A stretch of DNA of 64,000 nucleotides from assembly GCA_965246885.1 (NCBI GenBank), contig OZ251992.1:1184001-1248000 (forward strand), written 5' to 3'. The stretch is from Abditibacterium sp. (GTDB lineage Bacteria; Armatimonadota; Abditibacteriia; Abditibacteriales; Abditibacteriaceae). Positions 55,516-64,000 of this stretch are shown piece after piece; the stretch's first letter is position 1; each line of letters begins with the position of its first letter. The notes under the pieces are model-generated. The model saw only the letters and a program-made list of their open reading frames with translations. It did no database searches and was not told the DNA's origin. A program made the translations under genes and the position numbers.

Positions 55516-57048
55516 TTAGCCGCCCGGCTTGCTCGCTCGCTGTAGCACGAGGACATCTCCGTTTTTGAACGCGACGCGCCAATCCGGGTCGGCAAGCAGT
55601 TGTTCTTGCACGGCGTGGCGCGTGCTGGTCGGCGCTTTCGAGCGCGGCCAGAAAATCCAGTCGGCGCGCGTCCCGAACGCCGCAAGGTCGGCCTGCATTT
55701 GCGCCCACGAACGGAGCGTGAATATCCGCTTGTAGTGGCTCTGCTGCGCGGCGAAGGTGCCCTTGGGCAACCACTCGGCGCCTTGCACCGTAAGCGGCGC
55801 GGCGCGGCGGGCGAGCGCCGGGAACCACTCGCCTTCCAAGTCAATGGGCCAACTGGGGCTGCGATTGATGGGCATCACGACAAAGCGCGCCTGCTGGGGT
55901 GAGTTGGCGGCGCACCACGCCATCGCCGCGCGCGTATCCGGAGACAACACCCGCAGCGCCAAGACGGAGCTACTCGCTTGCAGCAACAGCCAACCCGTCG
56001 CGCCCAGAAACAGCGCGCGGCGCGGCAGGCGCGGGAGTGACACCACGAACCCCGCCGCCGCAAGCGCAATCGGCAGCGAAATAAACGCCACGCCCGACCG
56101 AAGCTCCAGCGCCCAAATCACCAAATACCACACCCACAAAAACGGTGCGCGCCGACGCCCCAGCACCAGCACACCGCCCAGCGCGAAACACACCAGAACC
56201 GGGAACAAACTCTCGCCACCCAATCCCACGCCCAGTTGCGAGGCGTAGCCGTCCATCCAGTCGAGGCCCCCACTGCGCGACGCCGCCCGAAACGGCCCCA
56301 AGCCAAAGCGCATCACGCATGCTCCCCACCAAGGCGCGCACAACAGCGCCCCCATAAGAAAGCACCCCATCAGCGCCCCCAAACCGCGCGCGGTGCGGCC
56401 ATACACCAGCCACACCAGCAGGAGAGCGATAAGCAGAAACCGCGCGCGCTCCAAGTGCGTCGCAAGGGCGAGGGCCACGAACAGCGCAGTGTGAAACCAC
56501 GCTCGCTTTTCTCCGTCGCGCCAAAAGGCAAGGCCGCGCTCCACCCCTAACACGGCGAAGAACAGCCCCGGCGAGCGCGTCAATCCCCCTCCCATCACCA
56601 TCCACAGATACCCGTTGGGCGTGAGCGCCCAAAACAGCGCCGCCACGCCCGCCATCATCTCGCCTTCTTTCTCGGCTGCGAACACGCGCCGCGCCAAACG
56701 CCACACCGCCCAAATCGTGAGCGTCGAGAAAAGCGGCGGCAGCAAGCGCATCGAAAGCAAAAGCGGCACGCCCGCCAAGTGCAAGAGCGCCGTCAGGTAA
56801 AACGCGAGCGGCGGGTAGCAAAACGGGATCGTCGGAGCAATCGTCGGGTAGGGCAGCGTCGCGGGAAGCGCAGGGAAATGCGCGCTCACTTCCCGCGCCG
56901 CCACTAAGAACATCCCGCCGTCCATCGGCACGAAGCCACCCGTCACCGGCACCCAAAAGCGGGCCAGCGCGCCGAAGAGGAGGGCCGCCCACAAAAAATA
57001 AACGCCCCTGAGCGGGAACTGCGGCGCGGCGCGAGGGGAAAAGTGCAA
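55516..57048 (-). CDS. GT-C fold (ArnT/PMT-like) membrane glycosyltransferase
   Basis: DGGMF, YPPLAFY, GGGLTRSPG; many TM helices; EWFPAL...VQGAEW. Confidence 0.75.
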   Translation of the reverse strand: MHFSPRAAPQFPLRGVYFLWAALLFGALARFWVPVTGGFVPMDGGMFLVAAREVSAHFPALPATLPYPTIAPTIPFCYPPLAFYLTALLHLAGVPLLLSMRLLPPLFSTLTIWAVWRLARRVFAAEKEGEMMAGVAALFWALTPNGYLWMVMGGGLTRSPGLFFAVLGVERGLAFWRDGEKRAWFHTALFVALALATHLERARFLLIALLLVWLVYGRTARGLGALMGCFLMGALLCAPWWGACVMRFGLGPFRAASRSGGLDWMDGYASQLGVGLGGESLFPVLVCFALGGVLVLGRRRAPFLWVWYLVIWALELRSGVAFISLPIALAAAGFVVSLPRLPRRALFLGATGWLLLQASSSVLALRVLSPDTRAAMAWCAANSPQQARFVVMPINRSPSWPIDLEGEWFPALARRAAPLTVQGAEWLPKGTFAAQQSHYKRIFTLRSWAQMQADLAAFGTRADWIFWPRSKAPTSTRHAVQEQLLADPDWRVAFKNGDVLVLQRASKPGG

Positions 57049-57118
57049 GATGCTTTAAATTTATCGCTTTGGTCGCACTTCCAACGCGCCGCGCCGCGCG
57101 CCGGAGCGTCCCTCCCTT

Positions 57119-58258
57119 ATGCACACCGAGTTAGAGCCACTGGTATTGAAGCGCAAATCGGACATCAGCGACATCGCCGCCAAAGTTTTCGCGGGCGAGC
57201 GGCTTTCGTTCGAGGACGGGCGACGCTTGTTCGCGCACCCCGACCTGACGGAGTTGGGCATGCTGGCCGATTTTGCCAGACAGCGCGCCGTGCCCTCGGA
57301 CGACGTGACCTATATCGCGGGCCGCAACATCAACTACACCAACGTCTGCTGGGTCGGCTGCAAGTTCTGCGCGTTCTACGACACCCCCGCTTCCAAGCAG
57401 GGCTACACCTTGTCGCGCGACGTGGTCTTCGCCAAAATCCAAGAGATGGTGGACTTGGGCGGCATCGAAATTCTGCTCCAAGGCGGCCTCAACCCGGCGC
57501 TCAAAATCGGCTATTACGAGGAGTTGTTCAGCGCCATCGGCGAGCGCTTCCCCGGCGTGTGGATACATGGCCTCAGCGTCGCGGAGATTCTTTACATCGC
57601 CAAAATCTCACGCCTCAGCCTTGAAGACACCCTGATTCGCTTGCGCGACGCCGGACTCAAGACCATCCCCGGCGCGGGTGCCGAGATGCTTGTTGACCGC
57701 GTGCGCAAGATCATCGCGCCCTACAAAGACACGACTTTCGAGTGGCTCGACACCATGAAACGCTGGCACCGCTTGGGCGGCCACTCGACGGTCACCATGA
57801 TGTATGGCACGGTCGAAACAACGGACGAGCGGTTAGAGCACATGCTCGCTACCCGCGCCGCGCAGGACGAGAGCTTGGCGAATACAACGGGCGGCTTCAC
57901 GGCGTTCATCGCGTGGAACTTCCAGCCCGACGGCACGCCGCTCGGCGACGAAATCCGCGCCCAAAACCCCCACTGGCGCAAAGCGAGTGGCACCGATTAC
58001 CTGCGCACCGTCGCCATCGGACGCCTGATGCTCGACAACATCCCGCACCACCAAGCCAGTTGGGTGACGCAAGGCCCCAAAATCGCGCAGATTGCGCTGG
58101 GCTTCGGCTTGGACGACTTCGGCTCAACGATGATGGAAGAGAACGTCGTGAGCGCCGCAGGCACTGACTTTGTGATGCCCATCAGCGAAATCCAGCGCCT
58201 CATTCAAGAAGCCGGGCACACCCCCGCCAAGCGCGACACACTTTACCGCCGGGTGTGA
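57119..58258 (+). CDS. mqnC: Cyclic dehypoxanthinyl futalosine synthase (radical SAM)
   Basis: NINYTNVCWVGCKFCAF, LLQGG.NP, PGAGAE, QASWVTQG, DFGSTMMEENVV. Confidence 0.93.
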   Translation: MHTELEPLVLKRKSDISDIAAKVFAGERLSFEDGRRLFAHPDLTELGMLADFARQRAVPSDDVTYIAGRNINYTNVCWVGCKFCAFYDTPASKQGYTLSRDVVFAKIQEMVDLGGIEILLQGGLNPALKIGYYEELFSAIGERFPGVWIHGLSVAEILYIAKISRLSLEDTLIRLRDAGLKTIPGAGAEMLVDRVRKIIAPYKDTTFEWLDTMKRWHRLGGHSTVTMMYGTVETTDERLEHMLATRAAQDESLANTTGGFTAFIAWNFQPDGTPLGDEIRAQNPHWRKASGTDYLRTVAIGRLMLDNIPHHQASWVTQGPKIAQIALGFGLDDFGSTMMEENVVSAAGTDFVMPISEIQRLIQEAGHTPAKRDTLYRRV

Positions 58259-58273
58259 CAACACGCCCCACCC

Positions 58274-58843
58274 CTACGCTTGCACGCGCGCCACGATTTG
58301 CGGGAAGAACTCCAAGAACTCGGCTGTATACTCCCCTTCGCCATCGGCGAAGGTCGCCCACGCATCCTCCCCGGAAGGCGCGCGGGGTGAGCGGCGCCGG
58401 ACGCGGTTGAGGGCGTAACGCACGCCATCGGGATGGGCATACGAGCAAAGCCAATCGTCGGCGATCATGGCGGGGACGACGCCTTGCATGGGGGCAGGCA
58501 TTTGGTCGCGGCGCGCGCCCAACTCGGCGTAAACCCACCCGGCGAAGTCGGGAAGCGTCTGGGCGTGGAACTGCCCCCAGTTGCGGGCGAGCAGATGGTC
58601 GTAAAAGACATCCACCAACACGGCGGAGTAGTGGCGGTAGAAGGGGAACAAGCGGGCGCGGCTTCTGGCCACGACGGGGTGCGAGTCCATGAAGTGGTCA
58701 ATAGCATAATGCCGCTCGACGCCCGCCAAGACGCGCGGGTGAGCCGAAAACGGCGGGTCGGGGCGCAGGAAATCGGTCATCAAATTTCCCAGCAGCAAGT
58801 CGCCATCATCCCCGGACAAAAGCGCGTGAGCAAGGAAATTCAT
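58274..58843 (-). CDS. acpH: ACP phosphodiesterase (DUF479)
   Basis: MNFLAH, GN...DF, H.AID.FMDSHP, DVFYDHLLA. Confidence 0.88.
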   Translation of the reverse strand: MNFLAHALLSGDDGDLLLGNLMTDFLRPDPPFSAHPRVLAGVERHYAIDHFMDSHPVVARSRARLFPFYRHYSAVLVDVFYDHLLARNWGQFHAQTLPDFAGWVYAELGARRDQMPAPMQGVVPAMIADDWLCSYAHPDGVRYALNRVRRRSPRAPSGEDAWATFADGEGEYTAEFLEFFPQIVARVQA

Positions 58844-58924
58844 GGGGAAAGCATAGCCTTCTCCCTCAAATCGGCGCGCGGAGGAAGCGCAAGGGCGCCA
58901 CTTGTGTCTAAGGACGCAGCCGCT

Positions 58925-59407
58925 ATGGACATCAACGCCAACTCCGCCTTTTACCACGCCCAAAAAACGCCCGCCTCCAACGCCTTGACTGATCTCATCC
59001 GCGCGGTGTTTCGCATGAGCGCCAACGCCCAAAAAACGGGCACGCGGCTCACCAAAGGGCTGGGCCTGACCAACGCCCGTTGGCAGATGCTCGGCGAACT
59101 GCACGCCATTGAGGAGCGTGTGACGGTCAGCCAATTAGCGCGGCACATGGGGCTGACGCGCCAAGCCGTGCAACGTTTGGCCGATGACATGGCGCGCGAC
59201 GGCTTGCTCGAATTCCTCGCCAACCCGACCGACGCGCGCGCTATGCACCTCGTCTTGACCGAAACGGGCGCGGCTGTTTATCGGCACTCGCTCGAAGGCG
59301 AATGGCAATGGACGAACGCCGTCGCCGCCGACTTCGACGAGGCCGAACTGCGCGCCGCCGCGCGCCTCATCGAAGCCATTAACCGCAAGATGCAAGAGGC
59401 GCCTTGA
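58925..59407 (+). CDS. MarR family transcriptional regulator
   Basis: GLTNARWQMLG, TVSQLARHMGLTRQAVQRLAD, LTETG. Confidence 0.9.
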   Translation: MDINANSAFYHAQKTPASNALTDLIRAVFRMSANAQKTGTRLTKGLGLTNARWQMLGELHAIEERVTVSQLARHMGLTRQAVQRLADDMARDGLLEFLANPTDARAMHLVLTETGAAVYRHSLEGEWQWTNAVAADFDEAELRAAARLIEAINRKMQEAP

Positions 59408-59456
59408 CGCGGCGGGCCGGGATAGGCATAATCTCCTTTGACAACGCATTGTCAAA
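59404..59456 (+). promoter_or_regulatory. Sigma70 promoter with palindromic operator upstream of P450
   Basis: TTGACG (59404-09), 17-nt spacer, CATAAT (59427-32); TTTGACAA-cgca-TTGTCAAA (59437-59456). Confidence 0.8.
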
Positions 59457-59461
59457 TATCC

Positions 59462-60688
59462 ATGTCCACTGCCGCCGCCCAATTCGACCCGCGCCAAGCG
59501 CAATTCACTACCGACCGCTTCTCCTTGCTGGCGCAAATGCGTGCCGAGGCTCCGGTCACTTTCCTGCCCGCTCTCGGCGTGTGGGCGGTGACGCGCTGGG
59601 AGGAGGCGCGCAATGTGTTGGGCGACCCGGAGCTATTCGCGTCGTCGGAGGCGTTCAGCGCGGCGGTGCATTTGGCGCCCGAAGCGTTGGCGATTCTGCC
59701 GATGAGTTCGCCGCTTTTCGCGTATTCGATTATCAACGTGGACAAGCCTCTGCATCCCCGTCTGCGCGAGCCGCTCATGGCCGCGTTTTCGCCGCGCCGC
59801 ATGGACTCGCTCGCGCCCGCTATCGTCGCGGATGTGGAAGAGTTGCTCGTGGCGATGGAGGGCATGGACGGGGTTGACCTGATGCAAGCGGTGTGCAAGC
59901 CCGTTCCGCTTCGCGCGATTTGCCGCCTGTTCGGGATTCCGCTCGCCGATGCCGACAAGTTGCGCGGCTGGTCGGACGCTTTCGTGGCTTTTCAAATCCC
60001 CGGTTTGCCCCTCGAAGCGCAGGTTGGCGCGGCGCACGGACTGCGCGCGCTCGAAACGTATATCCGCGCGCTCATCGCCGAAAAGACCGCGACGCCGGAC
60101 GACGGCTTGGTCGCCTCGCTCGTCGCGGGCCGCGCCCAAAGCGAGAACGACTTGAGCGACGACGAACTGGTGGCCGACATTGCGAGCGTCTTCTTCGCGG
60201 GGCACGAAACGACGATTAACACCCTCGGCAACGCCTTTCATTCGCTGCTCGCGCGGCGCGACTTGTGGGACGCGGTCGCGACGGGGACGGTCGGCGGCGA
60301 CGAGTTGACCGACGAACTGCTGCGCCATGACACGTCGGTGATGGGCCTCTATCGCCGCGCGACGACGGAGACCATCATCGGCGGTGTCAGCGTGCCCAAA
60401 GACGCGACTCTGTGGGTTGCCTTCGGCGCCGCCAACCGCGACCCCGCCAAGTTCGACGCGCCCGAAAAGCTCGTGTGTCCGCGCACGGGCGCCCGTCAGC
60501 ATCTCGCGTTCGGCTATGGCGTTCACTACTGCGTCGGCGCCGCGCTCGCGCGTTTGCAGATAAGCGAAGTCGTCACTCGGACGGCCAAACGCTTCCCCAC
60601 GATGCAGTTGGCGCATGGAGCGTTCGTGCCGGAAATTCCGCATCACGCGCTCCGCGCACCCATTATATTGCCCGTCGTGCTGCAATAG
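59462..60688 (+). CDS. Cytochrome P450
   Basis: AGHETT I-helix, ELLR (ExxR), ANRDP, FGYGVHYCVG heme motif. Confidence 0.96.
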   Translation: MSTAAAQFDPRQAQFTTDRFSLLAQMRAEAPVTFLPALGVWAVTRWEEARNVLGDPELFASSEAFSAAVHLAPEALAILPMSSPLFAYSIINVDKPLHPRLREPLMAAFSPRRMDSLAPAIVADVEELLVAMEGMDGVDLMQAVCKPVPLRAICRLFGIPLADADKLRGWSDAFVAFQIPGLPLEAQVGAAHGLRALETYIRALIAEKTATPDDGLVASLVAGRAQSENDLSDDELVADIASVFFAGHETTINTLGNAFHSLLARRDLWDAVATGTVGGDELTDELLRHDTSVMGLYRRATTETIIGGVSVPKDATLWVAFGAANRDPAKFDAPEKLVCPRTGARQHLAFGYGVHYCVGAALARLQISEVVTRTAKRFPTMQLAHGAFVPEIPHHALRAPIILPVVLQ

Positions 60689-60742
60689 AGGAGCGCAGTG
60701 GGAAGCAATGCGGCACAGAACGCGCATCCCGTGCCGTTCACT

Positions 60743-61711
60743 ATGCCCGAAGGCCCCGAAGTGCGTCGTTACGCGCTCCAACTCCAAGACGCGCTCGCGG
60801 GCGAAGAACTCGTCGCGCTGTCGGCGCGCACTCAGGGCGCCAAAGCGTGGCTTCTTGAACACGGCGCGGGGCTTGTCGGAAAGCGCATTGAGCAAGTCCG
60901 CTCGCATGGCAAGCACCTGTATGGCACGGTCGAGGGCGGCGTCGGCTTCCACTCGCACCTGATGATGTGGGGGCGCTGGCAACTGCTTGGCGCCGGGGAT
61001 GCTCCGCCGCCCGACCGCCGCGAGCGGGCGCGCATCGTGGTTCCAAACGCGGGTGCCTTGCTCCTGTCGGCGCCCATATTCGAGATGTTCACCGGCCTCC
61101 CGTACGAGCAGATTGACAACCTACGCACCCTCGGCCCCGATATTCTCCCCTACGACGGCGCCTTTGACGCCCACGAATGGGAGCGGCGCTTGCTGTTGCC
61201 CGAAAACCAAGGGCGCGAAGTCGGCGCGGTCTTGTTGGATCAGCGCGTGTGCGCGGGCATCGGCAACTACTTCCGCGCCGATTTACTGTGGACGTGCGGG
61301 ATTAACCCTTGGACGCGCGCGGGCGACCTCTCGCCTTCGGAGCGCGCCTGCTTGGGTGAGCAGATTCCCACGCTTGCCCGCCGCTCGCTCGCCGAGCCGG
61401 GAGTCACTGTCGCGCCCGACCTACGCGCTCGCTTGTTGGACGACCCGACGCTCCACTACAACCCGGAAATCCCCGAATGGGCCGCGCGTCACGCCGTCTT
61501 TCGGCGCACCAACTTGCCCTGCCTCCGGTGCGGCGAACCCATCAAGCAGAAATACCAGACCACCTACCAAACCCCCGACGGCGACGACGAAAACGATCGG
61601 GCGCGCCTCATCTACTTTTGCCCAAACTGTCAGGGCGTGGACATCGCGGGCGTGCCCAAAGCCAAAATGACCCGCCGAAAGACCGCCAAAACCCGCACGA
61701 CCAGCCCATGA
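60743..61711 (+). CDS. Fpg/Nei family DNA glycosylase/AP lyase
   Basis: MPEGPEV, HGKHL, HL.M.G, LLDQ..CAGIGN, CLRCG...CPNCQ Zn finger. Confidence 0.92.
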   Translation: MPEGPEVRRYALQLQDALAGEELVALSARTQGAKAWLLEHGAGLVGKRIEQVRSHGKHLYGTVEGGVGFHSHLMMWGRWQLLGAGDAPPPDRRERARIVVPNAGALLLSAPIFEMFTGLPYEQIDNLRTLGPDILPYDGAFDAHEWERRLLLPENQGREVGAVLLDQRVCAGIGNYFRADLLWTCGINPWTRAGDLSPSERACLGEQIPTLARRSLAEPGVTVAPDLRARLLDDPTLHYNPEIPEWAARHAVFRRTNLPCLRCGEPIKQKYQTTYQTPDGDDENDRARLIYFCPNCQGVDIAGVPKAKMTRRKTAKTRTTSP

Positions 61712-62880
61712 AACCCGCGTTTTTTCTCGCGTTGCTCGCCAGCCCCGTCATGGCCGCGCCCACACTAATGCCGCATCCGGTGCAACTCCAAAGCGGGGCG
61801 CGGTTTGTGCTGCGTTTGCCCGCGCGCTATGCTATCGCGCCGGTTATCGAGGGTTTGGCCCGACCGCGCTTTTTTGCGGTCGCGCCCGATAGTCGCATCT
61901 TCCTCACGCAGATGCACGACAAGACCGACAACTCGCTCGGCAAAGTCACCATCTTGGGCACCTACAACGCGCTCACTCGTCGCTTTGCCGGGCAAAGCGA
62001 CTACTTGAGCGGCCTGCGCAACCCCAACTCCGTCGCCTTTTGGCGCGACCCCAACGATGGGAAGATGTGGCTGTATCTGGCGCTTACCGACCGCCTCGTC
62101 CGTTACCCCTTTCGCGCGGGCGACATCAAACCTTCCGGCGAGCCGCAAACCTTGGCGCGCTTCCCGGCTTATGGCCTGAGCTACAAATACGGCGGCTGGC
62201 ACCTCACGCGCACCGTCACCGTTGACCAGCAAAGCGGGCGCGTGTGGGTGTCCATCGGCTCCAGTGGCAACGCTCTGGTTGAAAAGGAAGCTATCCGCGC
62301 GACGGTGCTGAGCATGAACGCCGATGGCACGCATCAAACCACCTACGCGCGCGGTCTTCGCAACGCCGTCGGCCTCAAATGGGAGCGCGGCGCGCTGTGG
62401 GCGACCAACCAAGGCGCCGATCACTTGGGCGACGACGCGCCCAACGACACCTTCACCCGCCTTCGGGGGGGCGCGGATTACGGCTGGCCGTTCTGCTACC
62501 AATCGGGCGGGCGCGTGCGCCTCGATCCGCGCTTCCACCGCCCGACCGGGGCATCGGGTGTCCCACTCGCGCTCGTGGCGTTCCCGGCTCACTCTTCGGC
62601 GTTGGGGTTCGCGTGGTTCGACCAAAAGACCGCCGACCCGGCCCTGCGTAATCGGTGGCTGTTCGCCCTGCACGGGTCGGGCTTTACCCGTCTCCGGCGC
62701 GGCTACTCGCTTGTCACGGCCACCCCGGATGGGCGCCTCACCCCGTTTCTAACGGGCTTTTTGCAACACGGCCACATCAACGGCAGGCCGTGCGACATCC
62801 TGCGCCTCCCCGACGGTTCGTTCCTCTTCTCAGACGACTACGCGGGCGTCGTCTACCGCGTCGCGCCCTTAGCCCACTGA
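61708..62880 (+). CDS. PQQ-dependent sugar/sorbosone dehydrogenase family beta-propeller
   Basis: Signal peptide; GLRNAVG, DYGWP, PAHSSALG, HGS, GRP.D, SDD. Confidence 0.85.
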   Translation: MKPAFFLALLASPVMAAPTLMPHPVQLQSGARFVLRLPARYAIAPVIEGLARPRFFAVAPDSRIFLTQMHDKTDNSLGKVTILGTYNALTRRFAGQSDYLSGLRNPNSVAFWRDPNDGKMWLYLALTDRLVRYPFRAGDIKPSGEPQTLARFPAYGLSYKYGGWHLTRTVTVDQQSGRVWVSIGSSGNALVEKEAIRATVLSMNADGTHQTTYARGLRNAVGLKWERGALWATNQGADHLGDDAPNDTFTRLRGGADYGWPFCYQSGGRVRLDPRFHRPTGASGVPLALVAFPAHSSALGFAWFDQKTADPALRNRWLFALHGSGFTRLRRGYSLVTATPDGRLTPFLTGFLQHGHINGRPCDILRLPDGSFLFSDDYAGVVYRVAPLAH

Positions 62881-63795
62881 CGCGTTGGCCCGCGCGAAGT
62901 CCTCCCCGGCGTGGTAGGAACTGCGCACGAAGGGGCCACTCGCCACCATAGAGAAGCCCATTTGCTCACCAATGGCTTGCAAGTCGGCAAATTCGTCGGG
63001 GTGCGCATAACGGTGGACGGGCAGGTGACGCGGCGTTGGGCGCAGATACTGACCGATGGTGAGGAAGTCCACACCGTGCGCGCGTAGGTCACGCAGCACT
63101 TCCACGACCTGTTCCTGCGTTTCGCCCAGACCTAACATCAGGCCGGACTTCGTCTTAATTCCAGTGCCGCTTACCCTTTGGAGCAGTTCCAAGCTCCTTT
63201 CATACAGCGAGCCGGGACGCACGTGGCGATACAGCGCGGGCACGGTTTCGATGTTGTGGTTATACACATCGGGGCGCGTCGCCGCGACTTGCTCCAACGC
63301 CGCCCAGTTGCCCTTGAAGTCGGGCGTGAGTATCTCGATTTGCGCGTCGGGCAGTTCCGCCCGCACAGCTTGAATCGTCGCCACCCAATGCGAGGCGCCG
63401 CCATCGGGCAGGTCGTCGCGGTCTACGCTTGTAATCACCACGTATTTCAAGCCCAACTCGCGCGCCGACAGCGCGACTTTGCGCGGTTCCTCCGGGTCGA
63501 GGGCGCGCGGCTTGGCGGTCGAGACGTTGCAAAAGCCGCAGTTGCGCGTGCAGGCCTCGCCGCCAATCATGAACGTCGCGGTTTTGTGGCTCCAGCACTC
63601 GCCGATGTTGGGGCACCTCGCTTCTTGGCACACAGTCACAATCCCCCGCTCGCGGAGCAGCGCGTCGGTTGCGGCGCTTTGGCGGAACTTGCCCGCTTTG
63701 GTCTTCATCCAAGGCGGCAACTTCTCGGCGTTAGGGAACGCCCGATGCGCGTCGTGCGCGCCGATGCGCAGGCTGTCGAGCGGGATAATTTGCAT
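62869..63795 (-). CDS. lipA: Lipoyl synthase
   Basis: VCQEARCPNIGECW, CTRNCGFC, TSVDRDDL, GQYL.P, RSSYHA. Confidence 0.96.
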   Translation of the reverse strand: MQIIPLDSLRIGAHDAHRAFPNAEKLPPWMKTKAGKFRQSAATDALLRERGIVTVCQEARCPNIGECWSHKTATFMIGGEACTRNCGFCNVSTAKPRALDPEEPRKVALSARELGLKYVVITSVDRDDLPDGGASHWVATIQAVRAELPDAQIEILTPDFKGNWAALEQVAATRPDVYNHNIETVPALYRHVRPGSLYERSLELLQRVSGTGIKTKSGLMLGLGETQEQVVEVLRDLRAHGVDFLTIGQYLRPTPRHLPVHRYAHPDEFADLQAIGEQMGFSMVASGPFVRSSYHAGEDFARANASVG

Positions 63796-63819
63796 GAGAA
63801 GCAGTGTAGGTGGACGGGC

Positions 63820-63945
63820 GACAGACATCTGTCATTGCTCGGCGCATGTCTGTCGGCGACTGGCGCATGTCTGTCATCGAGCGGCGCATGTCTGTCATCG
63901 AGCGGCGCGCCTGTGTCATTGCTCGGCGCGGGCCTGTCATTGCGT
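63820..63945. repeat. Degenerate 21-bp tandem array upstream of lipA (~6 units)
   Basis: ggcgcatgtctgtcatcgagc twice, ggcgcatgtctgtcggcgact, ggcgcgcctgtgtcattgctc; reverse complement shares atgacacaggcgcgcc with the 3025-3171 array. Confidence 0.88.
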
Positions 63946-64000
63946 CGCCGCCGTCCGTTTAATTCGAGCGGGTGATGCCGATTTGCAGCCCGGAAATATC

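Noticed and set aside
1..64000. tRNA/rRNA genes and transposases
   Set aside because: No cloverleaf/T-loop signatures, rRNA motifs or transposase ORFs recognised by eye

Overview
GC-rich bacterial chromosomal window. The DUF1559 pilin-like gene, Uma2, McsAB, futalosine-pathway MqnC and lineage-specific secreted proteins suggest Abditibacteriota/Armatimonadota, but this is an inference. Most of the window is housekeeping and metabolic genes (rng, larA, ilvE, mcsAB, coaX, thrB, pyrE, alaS, arfB, mqnC, lipA). Six things stand out. (1) A ~10 kb minus-strand methylated-amine/N-methylglutamate (NMG)-type operon of non-canonical composition (mgsA/B, APC permease, DUF3445 heme N-demethylase fused to a cupin, MOSC protein, mgsC, a single SoxB-like oxidase, GNAT, gmaS/glnT). 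(2) Two components of a MoxR-vWA-beta-propeller ternary conflict system (a bpX6 gene missing from the ORF track, and a vWA-propeller gene) lying 15.7 kb apart on opposite strands. (3) Six intergenic arrays with 21-bp periodicity, several sharing one degenerate motif. (4) Several long REP/MITE-like palindromes; one sits in a 186-bp insert flanked by a 19-bp duplication of a gene junction that preserves stop-start coupling. (5) TANNNT -10 boxes 6-8 nt before many start codons, suggesting frequent leaderless transcripts. (6) Isolated accessory genes (PD-(D/E)XK nuclease with Zn ribbon, JAB-like protein, frameshifted HEAT protein, ParDE-like TA). No rRNA, tRNA, CRISPR array, transposase or integrase was recognised. 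Family calls come from motif recognition by eye, not database searches.
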